Of a stretch of 64,000 nucleotides of DNA, positions 1 through 11,985 are shown piece after piece. How positions within the stretch are numbered: the first letter of the stretch is position 1; each line of letters begins with the position of its first letter. Made by a program: the position numbers and the translations under genes. This DNA comes from Ascidiella aspersa (lineage: Eukaryota): positions 13,640,001-13,704,000 of the forward strand of contig OZ004607.1 in assembly GCA_963924565.1 (NCBI GenBank). Reading direction: 5' to 3'. The notes beneath the pieces are model-generated. The model saw nothing but the letters and a program-made list of their open reading frames with translations. It was not told the origin of the DNA and made no database searches.

Positions 1-677
1 GTGCGATGTTGCGACATGAGCTGTAAGTTTGTTGGGCGCTTCTGGGAAGCTTGGTTGTTTATTGCAACAGGCATGGACATCGGCATCGGCTGCGACTGCA
101 TTCCAATTCCATTCATCGAATTTTGGCGGGGCATGGCGGCCGGGTCATCGGTGTTGTGAATGAAGTGGCAGCGTGGCCCGTAGGGGCAAATGCCGTCCGT
201 GTGATACGTTCGGCACAGCTCCGTCTTGTATTTGGGGTGTCGCACCATTTGCCTCATTTCGTGCTTGCCATGAGCGAACTGGCATTTGTCACCGTACTTG
301 CAGCGGCCGTTTTCTTCAAAAGGCCGGCACAGCTCGGTCTTATAGCGGCTGGTACTTTGGTTGGGTTGTTGCTGCTGCTGGTCACAGCTAAGGATTGAAG
401 AACCCTCGCTGTAGGCCCGGCTGCGAAAGCGCTCTTCAGCAACCGTTTCTAATATTCCGTTATTGACAAGTGCATTGTTGGAATCGGCGAATGAAGGAAT
501 GTTAGTTACGGGCTTTGCGGGCGCCGACACGAAAATAGAAGATGAATGGCGCCTTGCGATCGAACCACCGCCGGCCAACAGTCCACATACGGAGAAGGCG
601 CTGCCAACCAATTCAGCTTTGTCAACGGCGCTGTTGCGCTGAAGTAATGGAAAGTCGTGGAAATTACGTTGAATAGC
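1..677 (-). CDS. ZFP36L1: ZFP36L/TIS11-family tandem CCCH zinc-finger mRNA-decay protein, exon 2 (3'-truncated by window edge)
   Basis: Manual minus-strand translation from the acceptor ttttgcag|GCT (677) gives [12 protein letters not shown]...ARRHSSS...[14 protein letters not shown]...[67 protein letters not shown]..., open to position 1. It has two YKTELC-led CCCH fingers plus RRHS and RFRxRxxSEG motifs as in the ZFP36L1/L2 N-terminus. Not in the ORF track. The symbol indicates the family; it is probably a pro-ortholog. Confidence 0.96.
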
Positions 678-1084
678 CTGCAAAACAAAACAGGGTTTGA
701 AACAACAAAGCCAGGCAGCCAACAAACGCTATTGTTACGTTTGTTCCACTTTTCTTTACGCAGTTTAGTGCGACGATGTTAAGCTAGGCTTAATTGCCGC
801 CCTTTGCAACCTTCAGAATCGTTTTTGCAAGTTGTCAGCTTCTAAACTGTACAACACTGAGGTAAGAAGAAGGGTTTAACTGCCAATAAAAATCACGGCC
901 TTACGGATTGGCACGCAAACGGAACAATTTAACTAGCCGTACAGTTTTTTTATTGCTTGGTAATTAACATCCAACTTATTTTTCACGGATTTCAAAACTA
1001 TACAATGGTGTAGCCTTTATAATACATATTAAGAAACTTTTACCAAGTTGTAGTTCTACAAAACACACATTACTGAACACTTAC

Positions 1085-1129
1085 CGTCAAATCATCATTC
1101 AATAGAGTAGAAACCATCGCAGACGACAT
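1085..1129 (-). CDS. ZFP36L1: ZFP36L/TIS11 exon 1 (MSSAMVSTLLNDDLT)
   Basis: ATG at 1129, 15 codons, then the strong donor ACG|gtaagt; phase 0 matches the acceptor at 677. Mirrors the short first coding exon of vertebrate ZFP36-family genes. Confidence 0.85.
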
Positions 1130-1279
1130 GATAACCAGATAACAGTGATATTTGGACAGCGCTAAACTTATAAAGCTCCTGAGTAACGAGAAACTGCAAC
1201 TTGACGAGCAAACAGACGCGTTGCCCAGCTGTGATCAAAAACTTTACGTCGAATCGTTTCAATAGCTTCCGACGCTTAC

Positions 1280-1320
1280 AGTGCGAATGGAGACTGAGCG
1301 ACTGAGCGGTGTTATATACT
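1280..1320 (-). promoter_or_regulatory. Core promoter of ZFP36L: TATA box plus Inr-like element
   Basis: Minus strand AGTATATAAC (1320-1311) with a CCATTC Inr-like element about 25-30 nt downstream, roughly 160-190 nt upstream of the ATG. Confidence 0.6.
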
Positions 1321-4300
1321 CGCAATGGCGTAGTCGCAAGGAAATAGCTGGAGGAAAAAGGCCCGGCGAGCCTAAAATAGAGAGAGAAAGAGCGAGAATG
1401 AAAGAGGCTGAGCAAATGAAATACTCGCAGCCGAGCAAATAGAGGGAAAAACAATATCGTTTGGGTTGACATCGTGGATGGAAGTCGCTGATTAAAGCAT
1501 TGTGTAAAAGCAATGCAACCCGATTCAGGTACGTAAATAGAAAAAAGGTGAACCAATTCACAAGCAGCAACCCACGTGCCATGTACACTGTACAGCCCAA
1601 TGCGACTAGTTACCAACGAGTATTGCTCATGGTGGGGCAATCATAAAGACGATTATATCTAAAATAAGATTCTACGTCGTTAATTATGATTCGTACTACA
1701 GCAGCAAATATTACTACAATAAGATGTAATCACTCGCATTGTTGTTTGTTGTCTGATGTGCGTGTTTTGTGTGAACTTCCAAAGGACGTAATTTATTTCT
1801 TTGACACGGTACTCTTCTAACCAAGAAAGAAAGTTTTTTACTTGCCACATGTGCATTTTACACATATTTCGAAGCAAAATCGTCGAAAATTAAAATCCCT
1901 ATTTTACACTGCCACAAGCGAGTCGTAAAATGACTAAGTGGCGGTTGAAACTTAACGTCAAATGCACATTCCTAGTGCGAAATACGTTTTCATTGCCAAA
2001 AGCGAGCAAAGCTATTGGACAGAGCCAGCCGCTCGACCTTTTGTTGAAAAAAAGAAACGCGTCGCTCGACTTCGCACAAAGGCGAACCGCGGTGAAAAAA
2101 GATTTCAAGCCTTAGCTAAAATCGCCCGACTTTTCATCGGCCACGGGCGTTGTTATTGTGCACTCGGTACCGCTTAAGCCCGCTGGTGCGTGAAGCGCAA
2201 ATAACCAGGCTCGGCGAAATTGCCTGGCTGACTTTTGTGGCTTTTACGAAATTGTTGTCTTTCTTTCGAAGGACAAATTGTGATGGTCTTGCTTCACTAG
2301 CCGCGTATTGCCCAAGCCGGCTTTGTATTTGACGTGAAGTACAATAAAGGTTTATTACACAAAACCGCAGAAAACGTAAGTCATATGAGTACCTCTTTCC
2401 AGGTTGTTTTTTGGTCATTAAAAACGTAAGCTTATTTCGTCCAAATCCTATTGGGGCCTGGCGTTGTTTAATTTCTCGGCACTGTTTCAAAACCTAATTT
2501 CCAATACAAACAATCGATGCATTGTCCCCCGCGCCCCAACATGGTTTCCACTAATGCCGCGTAATCCGGCCACTAATCGGACTGGCAAACTGCAATAATC
2601 TAAAAAGTCGGGTATTTAATTTCTATTCAACGGCCACTGTGTGTACAAGGGACAAAAGCAAACCTGGTCAGACTAATTAGAGCGCCACATTTCGACACAG
2701 GCGAGCACTGTGGTCGGCCCCATAAAACACACCATCGACCTATTGTGGCCCGCAGCAGGTAAACAACTGAAATTCTGTTTTCGGTGAGGTCTGTTGATCG
2801 TCAAGTCCACAATGACTAAAGCACCCAGCTGTTTGTTATTGCTGCTGCAAGCTTGACTTTTTCGTCACGTTTATCCCCAAAGTGGGTAAACATTTCGTCA
2901 GGGCGCCAAAACTATGCTGGTTCCCCGCATAATATCCCCTGTGAGGACGCACCTTCCGCAGTTCTAGCCAAACAATTCGCGGCGATTAAGTGCGTATGTG
3001 ATTCGCATACAGCACACCCTTATTATCGTAAACAGGCCAGGGAAACAGGTCGTGAGTGTCGATAACTGAGATAAGTCCCAAGGTGCCACAGCCGCCCTCG
3101 CCCGGTTTGGTATCTGGCAGAACGTTGTTCACTGAAAACCTAATTTTCCTGCAATGTAAAATTAGCTCGCCGCAACAGTCAATGCTCCTTCCACGAACCA
3201 TTCATTATTTGATCGCGCTTTCACGAACTCGACACGAATAGCTCCTGATTTTCAAATCTACAGATGGCCGATGCTCTAGGCTTATAATTTGCGAAAATAA
3301 CCAGGGCTGTTGGTAACTTGTTTTGCAAACTGGTGTTTATTATTTATGCTAAAAGGTAGTCAAACCCATGAATTCCAATACGCCAAATTCAACTGAACAA
3401 CACAATCAATTTAATAATTTCTATAACATATTTGTACTTAAGTAATAGCATACACTTACCTCTTACCTCTGTTGGTTGTTTTTCTATGAACCGCAGGTAA
3501 AAACCAGCGTGCCAGTAACAATATTGTTTCAATGCTATTTTTTATTTTGAATACATAAAAAAATTACAACATGCGCCAATTTGGAAAGTAAATAGTAATC
3601 AAACGAGGCAACTTTTTAAACAGCATCAAAAGTTGTCACTGATCGGACTACTCAAGCAATTATGTTTAGATATTCCTGGAAATAACCACGGGGTGCTGTA
3701 AAGGCGATTTGTTGTCTACCAGTTGGAAGGCACCAAAAAAAGCTTAATTTGGCAATCGAACGTAGGCCTTGTGAGAACGGTAACCGGGCCCGTTGTGCGA
3801 GAGAGTTGTTTACTATGAGGCGGTGGGCTCAGCTTTGCCTTCCATAAGCGCCCCCAAAGAAGCCGGGGCTTGCCACAATAAACAAAGGCTCCGGCCGCGC
3901 AGACAAGTCGCAACAGCACGAGCCCCAGTCTCCTGTTTACAAACACGTCGGATTTCAATGGCTCCGAAAATTCGATAGCGTCCCTACAAAGCGCGAGACA
4001 CACCGGCGAGCGTGTGAAACTTGCCGAGTCCCAGTCCGGCCCCCCACCCACCACCAATCAAAACGACGCTTCACCTCAGGCATTGCGCTGGTCACGACTA
4101 GCGGGCGGCGTCGCTATCTCGTGTTATGGGTCACCCTGTTCATGGCGACTTCGTGGCCGCTGCTGTTGCCGAAAATAGTGAACCGGTTCGTGTCTGATTC
4201 ATATCGCGGTCAGCAGGTTAAGTGCAAAGTTTTTTGAAGCTCAGCCTGCTTGCCCAGATGCCCAGAGAGGTGGCTAACGCGCGTTAGTGCCGGAATACAT

Positions 4301-5389
4301 TTTGCATATAGAGTAACTCCGACGTAATAGGATAGATACTGCAATGTTGGTATGCAATATTTTTCTCCCTTCGAACGTCAAGGCGGATTTCTTGCCATCA
4401 GGTTTGGGTTGGGCGCAGTCAAAACCAACGTCCGCCCAGTTTGCTGCATTTGGCACCAGGGAATGTTTGCCTGACACTGTATGATTGTAAGGCGCTGTTC
4501 AGTCGTGTTTGTCACAAGTTCAGCGCAGAATTGTCGGCCACGCCTTTCGGCCGGTCTTTTTTGCATCGGCGAAAAATGCTGCTGCGTTTGAGTTCCAATA
4601 GCACCAACCAGAAGAGCACGTAGTGGCAAGCGGCCAGCAGCCTTCCCTTTTCAGTTTCTCTTTCCTATGGCAACCCACGTCTCGCGGCGGCGACGGCGGC
4701 GGCGGCGCGCCGTGTATATTTGACTTGTCGAACCAGAGTGGAACCGAGCGTTCGACCAAAGGCGCCCGATGTTCGGGGCCGTGTTGACGACATGTTTTAC
4801 TCGGCGACGAACAATGCCGCCATTGTTTTCGCCCGCCGTGGGACCCCAGGTTCGCGCAGATCACGTGACCCCGTCGGCGTAAATAAAATCGAGGGCCCGA
4901 TCCTTGGGACGACACCGATATCGCTGAGATCGCGCCCCGCGCCTGACGTCACCCATTTATGCTGCCGCGCCGACAATGGGCCCCTTTCTGTTTCGAAATT
5001 CACCTCGGCTCGCCGGGCTGAGGCCGCTTAAGCTTTAACTAATACGGACGAAAGCCTTGTATCGAAACTCGAAGATTACAGCAATAAATACGCGAGCCAT
5101 AGACGAGTTCGAAAAATTTGAGTTTAAACAATCGCTTTTATTAGCCGAAAATGTACACTCGGCCTGCAAATAGAACGGCATATACTAATACCAACAGAAA
5201 CGTGCTTTTATGGCGAAATGCAAATAGAAAAGCTATTATAGCACTGCATATGCAAATCCCGTGCCGGCAGCTAAATGCTATCAGGCTGAATGCTTTTAAT
5301 TGTCAGCTGTGGTGGGTTGCGCGACTTACCGCAATTGAGAAAGGGCGGGGGACCGCAGATTGCATTGTCCGAGCTATACCTGAGCAATG

Positions 5390-5505
5390 TGCACGTCACG
5401 CGGAGATTTCCGCCGCTGGCTGAAAAGGCAGCCAGCAGGAAGTGGATTTGAACTAGGCCCTGGCGTGCAAGCCTCATATAAGGTGCGTGACGTAGCTGGG
5501 CGGAA
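5390..5505. promoter_or_regulatory. Immediate-early-type motif cluster (ETS, CArG-like, CRE half-sites, GC box)
   Basis: CACGTCA (~5392), CAGGAAGT (5436-5443), TCATATAAGG one-mismatch CArG (5474-5483), TGACGT (5488-5493), GGGCGG (~5498). Confidence 0.4.
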
Positions 5506-8500
5506 TTTAATACAGGAATTGTTGACTTCGCAATGTGGCGGCTGTCCAACGGCTTGTGCGTCACTCCATCGGCCCTGGTTGGGAGAATTTCGTCGCAGCA
5601 AACAGTCGATCGATCCGACAACACTTGAGCGCGAGCTAATTTCGTTCAGCGCATTTCGCCGAGTTGTTTTCTGATGCCAAAAACAAACTCGTTTTTTAAG
5701 ATAGCAGATTATTTGCAGAACTGTTTACTACCGCTTGAAGCATGAATACCTTTGCGTAATTTGTGTTTGGGACCGCCAATGGCCAAAAGTAGACTTGGAC
5801 GACTAGAGATTTATTTTATCGCTTTAAAATTAGATTCTAATTAAAATTGAAGCAATTCCGGTTTTACAAATTGAATTAGAATTAGTATTGATCAATTCTT
5901 GAAAACCAGAATATAAAGTGGAATTTGACCTAAAACTACATTTATTTTTTTACAAACCATTTCGTTTTAATCTCAATTTATTCCCAAAGAAATGTGAATG
6001 GGTAATTCCTGTGCTAAATGCTATACGTTTTAGCATAGCTTATGCTTTGCCGACCATAAAAATCACCTATAAGTCGTTCCGACAGACGAATATTGATTCA
6101 AATACTTAGTTTCGACTGAGAGACTAAAAATGCAATTAAAAAATAGTATTTTGAGGTATAACCCAAATTAGATTATAATGATAATTGTGTGCCCCACACA
6201 GGCAATTTACAAATTAGATAGAATTAAAATTAGTCCATGTCTGGCCAAAAGAAACAGCACAAATGGCAAGTTAAGGTTTTGAAAATCGCGCCTCAGCAGG
6301 ATCTAGTTATAAGCAAGGCCCTGGGCGTTTGAAATTCCTAACAACGATTATAACAATATACTAAGTGAGCATCTGCTACCTTGTGCCGTTCAAAGGAAAA
6401 CGAAAGCGTTTTTGCGTGATACCGCAAGCACTTGGCAACCGATCACAATCCAGCCGCCGTATGGCTAACACAACTACGGGCGGCGTAAATGATTAATTTT
6501 AACTTGCAACCTAATAAAAATGCTGCCGCACCATTGATTTTCCGTCGCAAAAATGAAGGTCGTCTCGGGCAGGAAAATGTAAACACAGAACGATTTTCCA
6601 CCAATTCGAAAATCTCGTGCCTTTTCAAAAAGTGGCGCGTTTGCAAAAGGCGAGGTCGCTGACCTATAAAGTGCTCGACGAAAAGGCTGAAAAAGCAAAA
6701 TAAACCAACGGGCTATATAGTTCGGCAGATAATGTAATCATACAAAACAGGCATCGCGTTTACTTATCATACAGCGCCGTGGGATTTGGTTATTATACGA
6801 TTCCCTGCTGACCGTGACTGTCCAACTATCAACTGTGGGACCAACTCTTCTCCTTGGAGATTCGCCGGTGAACTTAACCTATTGCTCTTCATCAGTGCTA
6901 AGCACCTGTTCGTTGACATTTCAATTGAGTGGCATTTTGAATGCAGTGGTAGTAAATCAACCTAAACCAGCCTGCACAACATACGACCCGCGGAACCTTT
7001 TCTTGCGAACCATGATGTAACGCTTTTCGATTAATCCTTCGATTTTGAAGTGCAAATTTAGTAAACGATATTAACAATAATATACTGGTGTAACGATACT
7101 TAAGAAGTGACATTTTCCCCAAACGAGTGATATATGATTCTACTGTATCACATTGTATACACTTTAAAATGGTTGACGTATTAAGATTATCAAATCCCTT
7201 CAGGGGTAGCATTTTGAACGTTTTGTAGTAGTTAGCATTTTGAACGTTTTGACTATCTGTTTATTGATTTTTAACAAAATTGTTTATACATCAACGTTAG
7301 TATGCAGTCTGCAAAAATAATTAATTTTTCTTGTTACTGCACTTGTTTTATTTTAATTTGTGCAAACTTCACCTTGGCGATAAACAGATTTCCTGCTTAG
7401 ATTGTTACTACGACGAAGCTTCTTGGCAACTTTACTTCACAACAGAATGACATTTGTTGCCAATTTTGGCCGCGGAATTTTTGTTATGCGTTGCTTGAAG
7501 GGTTTGTCGTGCAACGTTAAATGCCGGCAAGCACGAGTTCTGTTTTCGTGACGCCACATCATCAAAACAAACAACAATACGGTGCGGAGAAATTGCCAGC
7601 CATCATTAGGTAAAATTTGCCGAGGTCGTTGCAGTCGGCTCGGTCATCTAAGTCGGGATTCTTCGTAAAATGACGTCATTCAAAATTCCGTCTTTACTCT
7701 GCTTTGGGTACAAAGGGTAGAAATATTAGCTAAATATCCAATTGGTGTTGACGCCTTTTTACACCTTTTATTTCATACCTAAAGTGAAATAAAAAAATAA
7801 GTTGATAAAAGACTATTCTTAGACTTTTTTCAAAGTTTGTCCTTTAAAAACCAATCTCGATACGTATACAGTTATTCATTCGATCACCAAAACTTGCTAA
7901 AGCAAATTGCTTCATGGTTTTGATTTTAACCGCTTCTTTCTGTGATGTATAGAGATTATTGGCTGTATACGTGACACGAATATTACATAAGAAACATACA
8001 ACGATAGAATAAGCTGTAATGTGTTTGCAGTGGTTGTTGTTTTGCTTTCTACAGGGCTTGTGTTTTTCTAATCGTCTTCTTTTTGAGATTAGCGCATATT
8101 ACAACCTTCCGACCAACGCGCTTATTTGCAGTGATGATGTCACCGGAAAAAGCAAAAAACGTAAACAGGGCCTTGATTTGCGATGTGTTGTTTACCGGGA
8201 TTTTGGCATTGACGCACCGATATCACGTGACACCACGGGGTATGAATGGGTTATTATGTATCCATTTCGTCATCGCGACAACGTCTGTCTGACCGAGTTG
8301 GTTTTACTGGTTGCGCCGCTCGTATTATCTTGCTTTCCGCAAGCACTCACCCCAATGAGGTGTTTACGTGCGAGGAACGGTAGCAACAATACCTAACGCT
8401 GCTAAGATCACGACTCCAGAATAAAGCGAACTGCGTACGACGCGATAGATTTGCCTTGGACTGTGACCGAGAACAAATTACCGTCGGATAAGCAAAAACC

Positions 8501-8946
8501 ACACAGCTGGTCGATTTTTACAATATCGCTTGAGGCCTCCGGTGCTTAATTAAACCTGATGTAATCAGCGCGCGATACAATCGCCGAGCAAGGCCAACAC
8601 AGACGGCCGTACTTATTTACTCCGTATTCAAGATTTTGCATTAATTCACGGCACTCTATCACTAATACCATGGCGCCATTTTCAACGATGTGCCGTTGTG
8701 TTTTTCAACACTATACTAATAAACGATTTAACTCAAGCCCATGTGATCCCCAAAATTAAGAAATGACTGTTAACGCGAATCTTACTCGAGTGTCTGTATT
8801 ATTTTACAGTGCTTTTACAGGAATAGTGAGCTTTATGTTGCTCTAACAGTATTTTCCAAGGGTAATCTTTTGTATGTATTTACAATTAAGTTGAATTATT
8901 GAAAACACATATACCGTATATCTACATTAACGTAAATGGTTTACGT

Positions 8947-9310
8947 CAGGGCTTTACAAACTGGGGATCGCGACACTGGAAGGGGTCGCTAGTAGGACTT
9001 TATTAATCTCACACACATCACACAAATGAAAGACACACACAAACATATGTGTTTAATAACATCTTTGATCTAGCCCCTCGGAAGTACATCTACATCACAC
9101 AAACGTACCCTTTCAAACTTCCTATTAGTAAATGTCATAAGTAAAGCAGAACAAATCCCTACTACCTACCTGCTGTACATTGCTTAAACGAATGCAGATG
9201 CAATAATGTGTTCTGTTTGTTACTTTTAAACCTGAAGGTTTGCCGAAAGTTTTAATTAAGTTTGGGTCGCAGACCAAGTTAACGCCGTTAAAAAAAGCTT
9301 AAAAGCCCTG
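8947..9310. mobile_element. hAT (Charlie-like) MITE
   Basis: TIRs CAGGGCTTT...AAAGCCCTG; flanks GTTTACGT/GTTTAGGT (7/8 TSD); GGGTCGC subterminal motifs. Confidence 0.75.
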
Positions 9311-11849
9311 GTTTAGGTCATGTTTCTCGCGATGCGGGGGAGGAAATGCGGTTTAGAGTTGTTATTGCATTTCACTCGCTACTTCCAGAGTGCGCTACCG
9401 TGTCCGCCGTCACGCAACTGTCGAAGGCTGTTTATGGCGTTTCGATCGCGGCCCACGATACCGAAAAGCAATACAAAAACAGGAAGGCGAACTTTTATTA
9501 GGTGCCGAGTGCGGAGCGTAAAGAACATCGCCCAAGTAGATAATTAGACACTAGCAGCACGCGACCGCCTACGATCCGCAGCTCTGTAATCCCTGGCGGA
9601 GCCTGTGTTTTGGACGATTGCTGGGCGGCAGCGAACACGGCCCGGCTCCATCGCCACTGTGCACCCATACCTTAATTCGCGCTCTCAACCACATGTTATT
9701 GGCGCTTGATTGCCGATCTTCTTTTCATTTTCGCCAGCGATTAGCATAGCTCGGCGCCGCGCTTCGCGACCCGCTGACCGTGTGTGAGTGGGAGGATTAC
9801 ACGTTCAGTCGGTCGCGTGTTCCCTTAACACTTTGTTGCCCCGCTTTGAATTTGTAACCTTCCCCAGTTTCTGGCTCGCGTGTTGTTTTGGACGGATGAC
9901 GAAATTGCGCGCTTCTTGCGTTCCAGGGATTAGCAATTAGCGAATTAGCGCTGATGGAAGCGGCTGGCGAAATCCTACGCCTTCATCCGCCGCCAAGTCC
10001 CTGAAAACCAATCCGCACACCCCTTTCTAACCGCGCTGCAACATCCCTGCAACGTAAACAACGCCTTCGCGCGCCAGTTTCGAATTTCCACTTGGTGGTA
10101 TCGCATTCCGTCGCCGAAAGGAAAGTTTTCTTTGTTTTCGAGCCGAAAAAAATTCGACCGCATTTTCTACGGCGTTTCGTCGTAAACGCGCGCGATAATG
10201 GCATTCGCCGAAATGCGCAAAACAGCTCGAGTCGTACACGCCGCTCGTAAAGCAGTGAGTCAAATAGGCTGTGCGAGTTTACCGACCAAACACTGCGTTT
10301 CACATTGACCCGCCGTTCTTCGGTTTGTCATTAAATGCTGTCGACCGAAGCCCTCGCAGAACCGCCTCGTTTTCGTTTTCCACCACAAAGGAATCCCTTG
10401 TCCGCGCGTAACTGCCTGTTTTGCCAACGAGCGCTGTACGAACCGCGAGCGAGCGGGTTTGTGTGTTCGTAGCGCAACAGCATCGCTCCCTTCCCTTTCG
10501 CTCGCGATATCTGCTGCGATGAAATGTAAATGTACAAGTTACACATTCGGCCTTTCCTCCTATACTGTTTGTCCCGTTTTTCCAGCTAAAAAGGGAGTAT
10601 CCGTGTCTTGCGCTGGGTGCCGGCAACTTGTTTTCCGGGAATACGATAATCATGATTTGGACATGGCGTTGCGCTGTATGCTCAACAACACGGTTATGTA
10701 TTGATGTCTTCACCAGAACAATATAATTCATGGCGGAATTTTTCCATGGTGATTTAGGCATATAAATTACAAGAACGTATCGATCCGGTTGAAAATATAA
10801 TTTTGTTTAAATCGTTGTTGTTAAAAGTGGTGTTATGTTGAACACGTCGTGCCAATAATATTTAAAGCATCGGTCAAAACGTTTAAATTTGGCCAACTGC
10901 TTTAACGACAAGTTAAGTTTATAACTGATTTTTGCGGTGCTTTCGTCATCGTGATCAAACATTGGGGCGCCCGCCAGCAATCAGTGGGATGATTCATGAT
11001 TTCTTGACCCTGCTAGCGCGTCAAAAATACTAGCGGCCGGGTAAGATTAATGAGCGAATAAATGACGCCCGTGTTGCGCAACCTATCACGATTACTAAGC
11101 GATGACTATACACGTCAGCGGGCATTGGACAAAGCATTGTTTTCGAAACTTTCGAGACCACTTTACGTTGTGTCGAAGGGGGTCAGTTAAAAATATGTCG
11201 TTTTAACCAGCATCCGCCTTGTCCTATATATCCGTTTACGAGCCCTGAGCAGGAAGGCATGTGCTATAGAGAAACTAGATCCTTCCGTTTCCACAAGGCG
11301 CTGCAGTTATTGACCAGCGGCTGTCACAAAAAGCACTGGGCTTTTCTATGCATTTCCGTTCGACTTCCCAGTCGCGAACAGTGTCCGATTAACTACTGTG
11401 TCAAGATTACTTCCACATCCGATACTGCTGTTTACTGGTCCAATTGCGGTCTAGACACCTAAGTTCCTCCATTGAACTTTCGGTGTACGTCCCAATTCCT
11501 TTTCCGTGATTTCCTAAACGCGGAATGACTTGTGTGCCAAACAAATTTAATTTCGACTTGGAAAGTCCGCCTGAAATTGCCACGGATTTACGGCTGTAGT
11601 GGCGTTCACCGAAACGTTAATTAAGTTTGTGCGAAAGGCCCTAATTACACACGTAGGACCGCTTAATAATGAAACGCGCCGTTGGGATTTACCGAAAGCT
11701 TTAGGCTAAATATTAAAAATGCACAGTTTTCTGGTAATGTGAGAGGACTGTGCAGTGGTTGCATTACCTTAAATTGCACCACGTTTGTTGAGGCAGCAAT
11801 TTTTAGCGTTGCGAAGAAGCAACTCTGTGAGTACAATTGACATAAATCT

Positions 11850-11985
11850 CCTATAATGGGAGCGCGACCACGTCAACAAACGCGACCTGCTTTGCCAACG
11901 AGCCCCTCAATCCATGAGCTCCCAGCGGATAAGTTTGTCATTGTGACGTCAAGTTGCCTATCGTAAACTCCGTTACGTCACCGAC
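11850..11985. promoter_or_regulatory. Perfect CArG box with adjacent CRE sites
   Basis: CCTATAATGG (11850-11859), CACGTCA (~11869), TGACGTCA (11944-11951), TTACGTCA (~11973). Confidence 0.45.

Noticed and set aside
51-442. ORF-track entries 51..398 (+), 173..391 (+) and 254..442 (-)
   Set aside because: Antisense or off-frame shadows of the real ZFP36L exon 2.
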